From Parcubacteria group bacterium (lineage in GTDB: Bacteria > Patescibacteriota > Minisyncoccia > Phycocordibacterales > Phycocordibacteraceae), in assembly GCA_028286525.1 (NCBI GenBank), contig JAQBRL010000022.1, forward strand, positions 1 through 42,078: DNA of 42,078 nucleotides, in the 5' to 3' direction. Below the pieces are notes generated by a model that worked only from the letters and a program-made list of their open reading frames with translations, was not told the DNA's origin and made no database searches. The translations under genes and the position numbers were made by a program. The first letter of the stretch is position 1. The number at the start of each line of letters is the position of its first letter. This document shows, in pieces, positions 18,696 through 29,283 of this stretch.

Positions 18696-19334
18696 ATGGC
18701 GACCCACCTTTATTTCGTGCGCCACGGGGAAAGCAACTCGAACGAGGACGGCACGTTCCGCGGCAAAGCTGCCGCACTCACCGAGAAAGGGAAGAAGGAG
18801 GCGGAGATGGTCGCCCAGCGTCTCGCACGCATTGGCGTCGACGCCCTTATCGCCAGCTCGTACGAACGTACGCTCCAGACGGCGGCTCCGGCGAGCGCCG
18901 CACTCGGTCTTCCCATCGTACAGAGCGACCTCTTGGTCGAGTGGCGCCGTCCCAGCGCTCATATCGGTTCCTCGCGAAAAGACCCGCAGGTAGATAAGGA
19001 ATCCAAGAAGATACTGGACGAGTTCGGGTTCACCGACTACCACCATTCGGATGAGGAGACTTTCGAGCAGATGCGCGAGCGAGCGCTCGCGGCGCTCGCG
19101 TATCTGGAGAATTATCCCCTCGAGCGCGTGGCGGTCGTTACGCATGGGATATTCCTGCGCATGCTGCTCTGCGTCATCGTGTCAGGCCCTGCCTGCAACG
19201 GAGAGGACTTCAATCGTGCGTGGCGATTTTTCGTAAGCAATACGGGCGTGAGCTATATCCGGAAGCTTCCGGAAGACAGCTGGCAGAGCGGCTGGGAGAT
19301 CATGAGCTGGAACGATTCATCCCACCTTGGATAG
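18696..19334 (+). CDS. Histidine phosphatase (PGM-like) 1
   Basis: FVRHGES, SSYERTLQTA, VVTHG, WND..HL. Confidence 0.9.
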   Translation: MATHLYFVRHGESNSNEDGTFRGKAAALTEKGKKEAEMVAQRLARIGVDALIASSYERTLQTAAPASAALGLPIVQSDLLVEWRRPSAHIGSSRKDPQVDKESKKILDEFGFTDYHHSDEETFEQMRERALAALAYLENYPLERVAVVTHGIFLRMLLCVIVSGPACNGEDFNRAWRFFVSNTGVSYIRKLPEDSWQSGWEIMSWNDSSHLG

Positions 19335-19336
19335 GC

Positions 19337-19684
19337 ATGGACTATCTCACGATCGATCATCTGGTGGTCCTAGGCGTTCACGGCCAGTATGACCATGAGC
19401 GGACGCGCGAGCAGTCCTTCCATGTCTCGCTGCGGGTTGGGACGCATCTGAAGCGCGCCGGCCAGTCCGATACGCTTGCCGACACCATCGATTACGACCT
19501 GCTCAAGCGCATCGTCGAAGAGACATTCGCTCACGAAACCCGCTATCTGGTCGAATCGCTCGCCGAAACCATCGCAGCGCGCATCCTGCGGGAGACCCCT
19601 GCGCTCGAAGCCACGGTCGCGATCAAGAAGCCGGAAGCCTGGGACAACGGCATTCCGGGCGTCGCTATCACTCGTCGCGCATAA
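19337..19684 (+). CDS. folB: Dihydroneopterin aldolase
   Basis: GVHG...ER...Q.F, SDTLADTIDY, LVESLAETIA, IKKP. Confidence 0.88.
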   Translation: MDYLTIDHLVVLGVHGQYDHERTREQSFHVSLRVGTHLKRAGQSDTLADTIDYDLLKRIVEETFAHETRYLVESLAETIAARILRETPALEATVAIKKPEAWDNGIPGVAITRRA

Positions 19685-19739
19685 CGTCTTTACTTCTCTA
19701 ATCCTAAAAGTTACTCTTCGTCAGAACCAACGCGAATCT

Positions 19740-20363
19740 ATGCACAAGCAGCTCTATTTCGTTCGTCACGGTGAAACTGATTCGAATGCGGATGGCGTAT
19801 TTCGCAGGGGTAACGAGGCGACTCTCAGTGCAAAGGGCAGAGAAGAAGCCATGCTGGTAGCAGAACGCCTCAAACGCATAGGCATCGATACTCTTGTGGT
19901 GAGTTCATACAAGCGAGCCCTCGAAACGGCTTCTCTGGTAGAAACGAAACTCGGGATACAGAGCATAGAGAGCGGCTTTTTCGATGAAGCGCGCCGTCCG
20001 AGCATCCAGATAGGGAATTCCATACATGACCCAGAAATGAAAGCCATCAATCGCGCGCTCTATGAGAACTATCCAACGCCAGGATGGCGTCACTCAGATG
20101 AAGAGAATTTCGATGATCTGAAAGAGAGAGCGATACAGGGTCTCATGTATCTACAGAACCTTCCAGGCGAACGAATATGCATTATTACGCACGGCATTTT
20201 TCTGAGATTCCTTCTCTGTGCGCTTGTCGGAAGAGACTTCAATGGAAGGGACGTGCAGCGGGCACTGCGGATGCATATCGGCAATACCGGTATTACGTAT
20301 GCCCGGGATACCGAGTTAGGGTGGGAGATAATGAGTTGGAACGACGTTGCTCATCTTGGATAG
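19740..20363 (+). CDS. Histidine phosphatase 2
   Basis: FVRHGET, SSYKRALETA, IITHG; close paralog of 18696..19334. Confidence 0.9.
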   Translation: MHKQLYFVRHGETDSNADGVFRRGNEATLSAKGREEAMLVAERLKRIGIDTLVVSSYKRALETASLVETKLGIQSIESGFFDEARRPSIQIGNSIHDPEMKAINRALYENYPTPGWRHSDEENFDDLKERAIQGLMYLQNLPGERICIITHGIFLRFLLCALVGRDFNGRDVQRALRMHIGNTGITYARDTELGWEIMSWNDVAHLG

Positions 20364-20364
20364 T

Positions 20365-20961
20365 ATGGAACGCAAAACGATCATCTTTTTTGGTCAACCG
20401 GGCGCGGGTAAAAGCACCCAAATAGAGATCCTCAAGAAGGAGTTCGAGCGACATCCTGCGAGGCGGGTCTTTTCGTTCGCGTGGTCGCAGGCACGGGATG
20501 AATTCATGCACGGATATTCGGCGGCCCATAAACGCCTTCAGGAGTATCACGCTCGCGGACAGCTTCAACCGAAGTTTTTCAGCATTGCTGTGTGGGGATC
20601 GGTGTTTCTGCGTGAGCTTCAGGGAGACGAGCATCTTGTCATTGATGGAATCCCTCGACAGGCATTCGAGGCAGAGGCATTAGAATCTTTCTTCGAATTC
20701 ATGGAGCGCACGGACATCCTTATATGTAATCTTGTGTTGCCTCAAGAGATCGCACGTACTCGGCTTCTTGCACGAGCGCGCACTGAAGGGCGCGTGGATG
20801 ATACCGAAGAGAGCATAGACCGACGCCTCGCGTGGTACGAAACTGATACCGAACTAACGCTTACGGCGCTGCGTGCCAATGCGCGCTATCGCGTTATCGA
20901 TATCGATGCCACCAAGTCGATAGATGAGATCGGTCGGGCTATACAGAATCTAGTGCGCTAG
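20365..20961 (+). CDS. Adenylate kinase-like nucleoside monophosphate kinase
   Basis: GQPGAGKSTQ, G.LQP, IDGIPRQ, RL..R...EGRVDD (short lid). Confidence 0.85.
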   Translation: MERKTIIFFGQPGAGKSTQIEILKKEFERHPARRVFSFAWSQARDEFMHGYSAAHKRLQEYHARGQLQPKFFSIAVWGSVFLRELQGDEHLVIDGIPRQAFEAEALESFFEFMERTDILICNLVLPQEIARTRLLARARTEGRVDDTEESIDRRLAWYETDTELTLTALRANARYRVIDIDATKSIDEIGRAIQNLVR

Positions 20962-21438
20962 CAGCGCTTCTACCTCGGTTAGATCGGTGAGAGAGATGAG
21001 TGCATCAAAGCCTTCACCCAAAATGGGCGGTTCATTCAGAAGTGAAGCGTGCATAGACTTCATGACTGTGTCCGGCACTATACGATCACGTGCTGCATTG
21101 CGCTTCTGTGCTTCATCAAGAGGAATCTCGGCAACCACTCCTATAAGCTGCATCGCGCCGTTCTCCCTCAAGAAAGAGAGCATTTCCTGTCGCTTCCAGC
21201 GTTCAATGAATGTGCCATCCAGCACGACGCCCCGCCCCGCCCCGAGCGCTACCGCAGTGCGATGGTTCGCTTCTTCCCATATCACTTTGTTTTTCGATTG
21301 ATCAGTTGCGTCACCCAAAAGTTCCTCTCGAATATCATCGCGATTGACGTACTCCAATCCGTACCGCTCGGCAAGCGGTTTCAGCACGGTAGTTTTCCCA
21401 GAACCAGGGATGCCTATTGCGAGCAATGCAATTGCCAT
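20950..21438 (-). CDS. P-loop kinase, AAA_33/T4 PNK kinase-like, paralog 1
   Basis: GIPGSGKT, NRDDIRE, VVLDGTF, RNAARDR lid, EGFD. Confidence 0.85.
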   Translation of the reverse strand: MAIALLAIGIPGSGKTTVLKPLAERYGLEYVNRDDIREELLGDATDQSKNKVIWEEANHRTAVALGAGRGVVLDGTFIERWKRQEMLSFLRENGAMQLIGVVAEIPLDEAQKRNAARDRIVPDTVMKSMHASLLNEPPILGEGFDALISLTDLTEVEALLAH

Positions 21439-21514
21439 AGCACAACTATATCGTTAATTGACCTTGCTGCGTAGTTTGGTATATTGCGGCGGGGATCTGT
21501 AGAGGAGCAGTACC

Positions 21515-22186
21515 ATGCCGGTATACCCGCATATCGTAGACGTGTGGGTCGGAAGGCACCCTCAGAGCAAAGCCAACGTCGAAGAAATCCATTACGGAAA
21601 TCATGTACGGTTGAGTCCCGTAGGCGAGCAACAGATCGAGTTCATGCGACGGCGTATCCTGTCGTTGAACATCGACGCCGTCGTCACGAGCGAAGCGAGG
21701 CGGGCGATGGAAGCGGTACAGGCCATGGACCTCCATCTGCCCATTTTTCCCTGTACCGAACTCGTAGAGCGCCGACGTCCTTCGGAGACGATCGGGAAAT
21801 GGAGCTATGATCCACCGGTACGAAAAATTCTCGATACGATTCTCGCGAATTACGGGCCGGGATATCAGTACTCGGACGAGGAGACCTGGGAAGAATCCAA
21901 CAAGATCATCGAGAACACCCTCATGTATCTGATGGAACTGGGCCGTACGGGATTCCGACGCATTTTCGTTATGACCCATGGATGGCGTGCGCGAATGCTC
22001 TTCGTTCGAGCGTTCGAGGGACGATTCGACCCTGAAAGCTTCAGGCGCTCATATGCACGGACCGGCTTCCCGAATACCGCTCTCATGCATATGTGGTATG
22101 GGCCGGAGTACAACAATGCGACGCAGTTGTCCTGGCAGGTGGATATCGCTGACGTAAGTCATCTTCCGCCTGACCTGGTGACGTAA
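21515..22186 (+). CDS. Histidine phosphatase 3 (RHP variant)
   Basis: VGRHPQS, ERRRPS, YSDEETW, VMTHG, NTAL. Confidence 0.8.
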   Translation: MPVYPHIVDVWVGRHPQSKANVEEIHYGNHVRLSPVGEQQIEFMRRRILSLNIDAVVTSEARRAMEAVQAMDLHLPIFPCTELVERRRPSETIGKWSYDPPVRKILDTILANYGPGYQYSDEETWEESNKIIENTLMYLMELGRTGFRRIFVMTHGWRARMLFVRAFEGRFDPESFRRSYARTGFPNTALMHMWYGPEYNNATQLSWQVDIADVSHLPPDLVT

Positions 22187-22191
22187 GGATA

Positions 22192-22219
22192 GGGGCCCCT
22201 CGCCATCGCGAGGGGCCCC
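22192..22219. terminator. GC-rich hairpin between convergent genes
   Basis: ggggcccctcgc-catc-gcgaggggcccc. Confidence 0.65.
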
Positions 22220-22224
22220 CTATG

Positions 22225-22710
22225 CTATCTACCCGTTACTTTGATCGACTCGAGCGCGGTATGTACGATAAGTTCATCGAAACCATCCTGTTTTGCGGGG
22301 GGAGACCGTTCGAGTTGCGCATGCATCTCTCGGATCACCATCTCATCCACTACCCGATCTCGACCCCTGTTACGCATCAGTGCCGTAGCGAGCGGAATGT
22401 CGAAGCGGCATCCAATGATGTGAGTCGCTCCTGCCTCACGCAGCAACCCTATAATTGCACGCCGCTTGTCGACATCGCAGAAGGTGGAGTCGAGCACTAC
22501 TCCGTGCTTCCGATGGAGCGAATCGACAGCCTGCTGATTGGCGATGCATTCAACCTCAGTATTCCTTGTCCGATTGGCGGCGTCTCCGGTAAGTGCCTCG
22601 CGAATACTGTCTCGATTGATATAGACGAGCTCTCTTCTTTGCGCGAAAGGCTCTAGGAGAGAGGTTTTCCCTGAACCAGGCATCCCGATACCCACAACTG
22701 CAAGTGTCAT
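22225..22710 (-). CDS. P-loop kinase, AAA_33/PNK-like, paralog 2
   Basis: GMPGSGKT, NRDSIRE, VVLDSTF, RNRGRDR, DGFD. Confidence 0.85.
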   Translation of the reverse strand: MTLAVVGIGMPGSGKTSLLEPFAQRRELVYINRDSIREALTGDAANRTRNTEVECIANQQAVDSLHRKHGVVLDSTFCDVDKRRAIIGLLREAGATHIIGCRFDIPLATALMRNRGRDRVVDEMVIREMHAQLERSPPAKQDGFDELIVHTALESIKVTGR

Positions 22711-22816
22711 TCGAACCCCCTGTAAGAACTGCCGATACTCACCTTACACCCTCTTCCTGAAGAGCTCATGAAGGCCGCTTTCAGGGTACTCACGTTTTCT
22801 AGTGCTCGGCGGGTGT

Positions 22817-23410
22817 CTAGAGGAATTTCCAGGTTTGCATAATGGATGAAAGCCATGCATCCAGTTCTTTGTAGGTGGTGACTTCGTACAGGAACCCATT
22901 ACGTATGAACCATACCTCGCGCGTATCGCCCATGATGGGGTTGGTGCTAAAAAACATAGAAGCGGGTACGCCGTCTATAACTATGGGTGTTGGGTTCTTC
23001 ATAACGCCGGACGGCTCATCAAGCTTGAAGCGCGCAGATGTTATTTGAGTATCGGAATACGGCGTCGCATATATTTGAAAACCGCCGTTACTTCCATCTT
23101 CTTTTTTAAAGGTAACGGTAAGTGCACCGCTCGTTTCGCTGAATTCGTTCACCGCCAGATTATCTGGATATAGCAAGGAAAGATGGAATTTCGTATTTGC
23201 ATACCTTTTCTGGCCCGCCGGTGCGGGTCCGATGGACGCGGTAATGGTGGTTACGGTGGGCCCACTTGAAGTAGCCGTTTGCCAAACCGTGGGGGTTCCT
23301 CCCGGCGAAGATGCCGGAGTAGGATGGTGAAAATAAAAAAACGCGCCAAGTGCGAGCACCGCCAAAAGGGAAGCCATACTTGCAAGCCAGGTTGCCTGAG
23401 ATGTATTCAT
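22817..23410 (-). CDS. Membrane-anchored extracellular protein (PsbP/Mog1-like fold suspected)
   Basis: TM helix, Thr/Pro linker, Y.N..F..SL.YP, IDG.PA, NGFLYEV, I..TWKF pattern. Confidence 0.65.
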   Translation of the reverse strand: MNTSQATWLASMASLLAVLALGAFFYFHHPTPASSPGGTPTVWQTATSSGPTVTTITASIGPAPAGQKRYANTKFHLSLLYPDNLAVNEFSETSGALTVTFKKEDGSNGGFQIYATPYSDTQITSARFKLDEPSGVMKNPTPIVIDGVPASMFFSTNPIMGDTREVWFIRNGFLYEVTTYKELDAWLSSIMQTWKFL

Positions 23411-23413
23411 ATT

Positions 23414-24415
23414 TTATAGAATCCTGACACCCCCACGTAGTCGCAAATGGCCCGAAAGACGGATGATACGACCGCCTCCACCCCCACCACCCGTAGGTGT
23501 GTAGGTAAAGATGATAACGCCCTGAGCGCCCAGGCCATCACTCCCATTACCACCGAAACGGGAATTGCCATGACCTCCTCCGCCACCACCATAGAGTCCG
23601 CCACTACCTGCATTTCCTGGAGTTCCTGCTGAAGAATCACCGCCACCGCCACCGCCACCGCCACCGGAGCCAGCAGTACCTCCTGCCGTGATGGTCCATT
23701 CGTTTCCTGGTCCCCCTACACCCCCATCACTATCCGCATCGCCGCCCCCACCACCGCCCCCTACTGTACCCGCGCTTCCGGGAGAACCGCTTGCACCACT
23801 TCCAGTGCCACCAAAATTATTTCCTCCTGCACCGCCCCCGCCGGCCGTGCCTGCATTACCTGCGGAACCGCCACCGTTACCGCCGCCGCCGCCACCAGAA
23901 AAACCGGGACTGCCAAAACCATTACCAGCAGAAGCTCCGCCTCCATTTAATCCACCTGCGCCGCCGCCGCCGCCGCCGCCGCGTATAGGTGCTGCTCCAC
24001 CGTTCCCTCCAGACCGTGTGATCGTACCCACACCGGAGGAGGCGAGAGCACCCCCGCTTGTTCCACTCGTTCCGCCTTTAGCCATGACCGTACCACTTGA
24101 ACTAAACCAAGTATCACCACCGGCTCCGCCACCTGTCGTTCCTCCAGCACCTATTTGGATACTTACGGACCCATTAGCTACGAGTCCTCCAAGTGAGGAA
24201 ATAGAAGAAGCACCACCCCCTCCACCTCCTACAGATCCTATTGCTCCTCCTGCGGCTCCTCCGCCAATGACCCAAATGGACGTTAGGGTGCCGAAGTCCG
24301 AAGGAATGCTAAACGTGCTTCCCGAAGTGATTAAGACAGTAGTATCAGCCGCATAGGCATGCGGTGCGAGGAAAAAGAAAAAAGAAAGGACGGGAAGAAG
24401 GAATAGACGACGCAT
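23414..24415 (-). CDS. Secreted glycine-rich protein
   Basis: Signal peptide ending AYA, VIGGGAAG..GGDTWF..AKGG..G..GVIIFTY framework, basic C-terminal tail. Confidence 0.8.
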   Translation of the reverse strand: MRRLFLLPVLSFFFFLAPHAYAADTTVLITSGSTFSIPSDFGTLTSIWVIGGGAAGGAIGSVGGGGGGASSISSLGGLVANGSVSIQIGAGGTTGGGAGGDTWFSSSGTVMAKGGTSGTSGGALASSGVGTITRSGGNGGAAPIRGGGGGGGAGGLNGGGASAGNGFGSPGFSGGGGGGNGGGSAGNAGTAGGGGAGGNNFGGTGSGASGSPGSAGTVGGGGGGGDADSDGGVGGPGNEWTITAGGTAGSGGGGGGGGGDSSAGTPGNAGSGGLYGGGGGGHGNSRFGGNGSDGLGAQGVIIFTYTPTGGGGGGGRIIRLSGHLRLRGGVRIL

Positions 24416-24473
24416 ATCGTCTTTTTATAGTACCCTACGGCCGGTCTTTCGTGCTATACTGAAAGTACAAAAT

Positions 24474-26567
<2,094 letters not shown>

Positions 26568-26589
26568 GGCTTCACCCCAAGGGTACTTG

Positions 26590-26997
26590 GAATCTCTAAT
26601 TCGCTTCGCTCAAAGAGATTCTCAGCGCGCTCGCATAGCGAGAAAGTCGCAGCTACGTTCTCACGTGTCGTATTTCGCATATTCGCCTCGTGGCGAAAAC
26701 TCCCTCAAGCGCTTCGCTAGACGGGAGTTTTCTGCTCGGCTCTGTGCGAAATCACTCTGCGTTCGGTTAAGCGACTTTTCTCGCTATGCTCGCTCCGTTC
26801 ATTGGGAGTTTCTCTTTTGGCATAACGAAGCGAGCGTCTTCGAAAATAAAGGACAACCTGGAAGCAGCCGGAGCGCAAGGAATACATAAAAGAAATGACC
26901 GACCAAGCGGAGCGCGTGGCGGCATTTCTTGCGATGGATGACTGTGCGTCTCCGTGTCGCCCTGGAAGGCGAAGTCCTTCTTTATTTTCGAAGGCGC
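26590..26997. repeat. Composite array of nested inverted repeats
   Basis: gaatctct/agagattc (26590-26621); gcatagcgagaaagtcgc/gcgacttttctcgctatgc (26633-26789) enclosing gaaaactccc/gggagttttc; cttcgaaaataaag/ctttattttcgaag (within 26834-26997). Confidence 0.7.
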
Positions 26998-27067
26998 GAG
27001 CGAAGCTTCATGAAAGCTTCAGCCCCCAAGCTATATCACTACGGGAAGGAAACGAGCTCGCTGACAA

Positions 27068-28363
27068 TTAGTAGCAGTAGGTGCGACCGTTGCTCGAGTA
27101 GGTCCCGGCACTGCAGTAATTCCCGTTACTGTCGTAGAGATTGCTCGAGTTGTTGGAGGAATTGCAGTAGGTGCGACCGTTGCTGTAATACGTTCCTGCG
27201 CTGCAGTACTGGCCATTGCTGTCGTACGTAGCCGAGTTGGTGTTCGAATTGCTGTAGGGGCCACTGCAGTAGTAGCGGCCGGTCTGGTAGTACGTACCGA
27301 AGCTGCAGTAATTCCCGTTACTGTCATAGTGCGTGGAGTTTCCGTTGGCTATCGAGCTCGACTGGCAGTAGGTGCGGCCCGCGGTAACGTACGTGCCGTA
27401 CTGGCAGTAGGTGCCCGAGCTGTCATAGGAGCCGTTCGAAGTCGTGGTGTTCGAATAGGTGTTGCAGTAGTAACGGCCGCCAGAGTAGTAGGTACCGCCA
27501 GAGCAGTACTGGCCATTGCTGTCGTAGCTGCCGCTTCCATAGTTGTTGGTTCCGTAATTGGTACCGTTCACGTATATGGAGGCGGAGTCGGTATTGTTGT
27601 TCTCGTTCGATTCCTGCACGTTGTTATTCGCGTCAGCCGTGATGCGGATAGTGCCGTTCCCATTGCTCGTTCCGTCGAAGCCGAGCGTAAAGACGATGCT
27701 GTCGCCGGGATTGAGCGAGCGCTGGTAGCTCGAGGTGTAATTGGAATTGCTTGCGCTCGGCAGGTTCGCCGAGAAGGTCCAGGAATTGCTGACGCCCGTA
27801 CCGCGGTTCGCGACTACGAAACGTACCGCACCCTGATAGCCGTTCGGGACAGCGGTAGCGGCCACGAAGGAGGTGGTATCGCCGGAGTTGCGGAGGTAAC
27901 CGACGGACGTGATGGTCGTCACGAGGTCAGGGAGACCATAATAATTCTGAGGCACCTGCACGACGGTGTAGGTCGGCACCACTTGCGCGGGCTTCGGCGC
28001 GACATAGGTCGGAGTAGCGGGAGCAGTGTACGCAGGCGTCGTAGGCGTAGGTGCCGTGTACGCGGGCGGTACGGTAGTGGTCGGCGCCGGCGAAAGGGGA
28101 ATGGAGGTGGGGGCGGAAGACGTACCCACGACCACGCTCGGATTGTTCACGGGCTGAAGCGTATTCGTATCGTTCGGAGTACTTGCGGACGACAGGAATA
28201 CGTTCGCCGTAGAAAGACGCGAAAAGGCCTTCGGAAGGAAGGAAGCGGCATAGATCGCGGTTGCGATCCCTATGAGGATAAGGGCGATGAAGCCCACGAC
28301 GGCGAGACCGCCTACGGCCGCGCGCTTTGTCTGCTGCTGATTGGGATTCTGGGTCGTTTCCAT
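27068..28363 (-). CDS. Membrane-anchored surface protein: TM, Pro/Thr stalk, CARDB domain and five YDSNG Cys repeats
   Basis: PDL..V.N.G..L.PG..DANNNVQESNENNN CARDB pattern; five copies of YDS.G.YC..GTY...GR.YC. Confidence 0.8.
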   Translation of the reverse strand: METTQNPNQQQTKRAAVGGLAVVGFIALILIGIATAIYAASFLPKAFSRLSTANVFLSSASTPNDTNTLQPVNNPSVVVGTSSAPTSIPLSPAPTTTVPPAYTAPTPTTPAYTAPATPTYVAPKPAQVVPTYTVVQVPQNYYGLPDLVTTITSVGYLRNSGDTTSFVAATAVPNGYQGAVRFVVANRGTGVSNSWTFSANLPSASNSNYTSSYQRSLNPGDSIVFTLGFDGTSNGNGTIRITADANNNVQESNENNNTDSASIYVNGTNYGTNNYGSGSYDSNGQYCSGGTYYSGGRYYCNTYSNTTTSNGSYDSSGTYCQYGTYVTAGRTYCQSSSIANGNSTHYDSNGNYCSFGTYYQTGRYYCSGPYSNSNTNSATYDSNGQYCSAGTYYSNGRTYCNSSNNSSNLYDSNGNYCSAGTYSSNGRTYCY

Positions 28364-28484
28364 ATATTGTCTTATTACCACACTGCTTATTCTTTGTCAA
28401 ACATGACGAGTATAGGTCGCTGGTGATGAAAAATCAAAGAACTTGACAATATAAGGTTTATGCTGTAGTTATAACCAAGACGCC

Positions 28485-29135
28485 ATGTCAGCAACACCGC
28501 ATACCGCGCAGAATAAAGGGATCATCGGGCCGAGGAAGTGGATCTTCCTCGTGCTTGCGTTCGTCGTATTCGGCGGAACCGTCATGGCGCTTTCGAGTTT
28601 CGACCTGCTCCCGGACAGCTCGCTTTCCGGCGCTACCGCGCCCACGCTCACCGAGAGCCAGAAGCAGGCTGAAGTAGCGAGTACCCAGGTGCTTCCGGAG
28701 AAAATCGAGATACCGAAATTGAAGCTCGTTGCCACGGTCGCTAATCCGACCACCACGAACGCGACCATCCTCGATAAGGACCTCCTGTACGGGGCCGTGC
28801 GATATCCATCGTCCGGGACCCTCGGAGCAGCCGGGCAGAACGTCGTGCTTTTCGGGCACTCGAGCTACCTGCCGGTGGTCCACAACCAGGCGTACAAGAC
28901 CTTCGACGGCATCCAGACGCTTGCCCACGGCGACCAGATCCTGGTCACGGGCGCAGGCAAGACCTATGTCTATGAGGTCGAGACGGTGGCGCAGGCGAAC
29001 ACGCAGAACGCGGGGATCCCGCTTACGGTCGATGGCAACAAGCTTACGCTCGTTACCTGCGACTCGTTCGCGACCAAGTCCGACCGCTACGTGGTCATCG
29101 CTCATCTTGTAGAGAGTTATCCGAGCGCGAGCTAG
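28485..29135 (+). CDS. Sortase
   Basis: N-terminal TM, IEIPKL, NVVLFGH (His), LTLVTC (Cys), DRYVV (Arg). Confidence 0.9.
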   Translation: MSATPHTAQNKGIIGPRKWIFLVLAFVVFGGTVMALSSFDLLPDSSLSGATAPTLTESQKQAEVASTQVLPEKIEIPKLKLVATVANPTTTNATILDKDLLYGAVRYPSSGTLGAAGQNVVLFGHSSYLPVVHNQAYKTFDGIQTLAHGDQILVTGAGKTYVYEVETVAQANTQNAGIPLTVDGNKLTLVTCDSFATKSDRYVVIAHLVESYPSAS

Positions 29136-29153
29136 TCTCGCTTCCGGATACTT

Positions 29154-29210
29154 CTCTGCAAGCGCAGGAAAAGGGAAGAACCGTTCTTCTTTTTTCCTGC
29201 GCAAGCAGAG
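29154..29210. terminator. Long hairpin after the sortase gene
   Basis: gcgcaggaaaagggaagaac pairs with gttcttcttttttcctgcgc, plus outer ctctgc/gcagag. Confidence 0.55.
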
Positions 29211-29283
29211 GGGCAATAGATTTTTGTTCCTTCAACCAAAGCCGTTCCGACTGTCGGAGCGGCGCAATAGGGGAGTTATACCG

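Noticed and set aside
23688-24356. Formin-like Pro-rich ORF, and the Gly-rich ORF at 30589..31269
   Set aside because: Reverse-complement mirrors of the Gly-rich gene and of the poly-Pro tract; the opposite strands carry the signal peptides
27068-27526. Repeats as a DGR template/variable region or CRISPR array
   Set aside because: In-frame coding repeats with differences not confined to adenines, no reverse transcriptase or cas gene, and no constant repeat-spacer period
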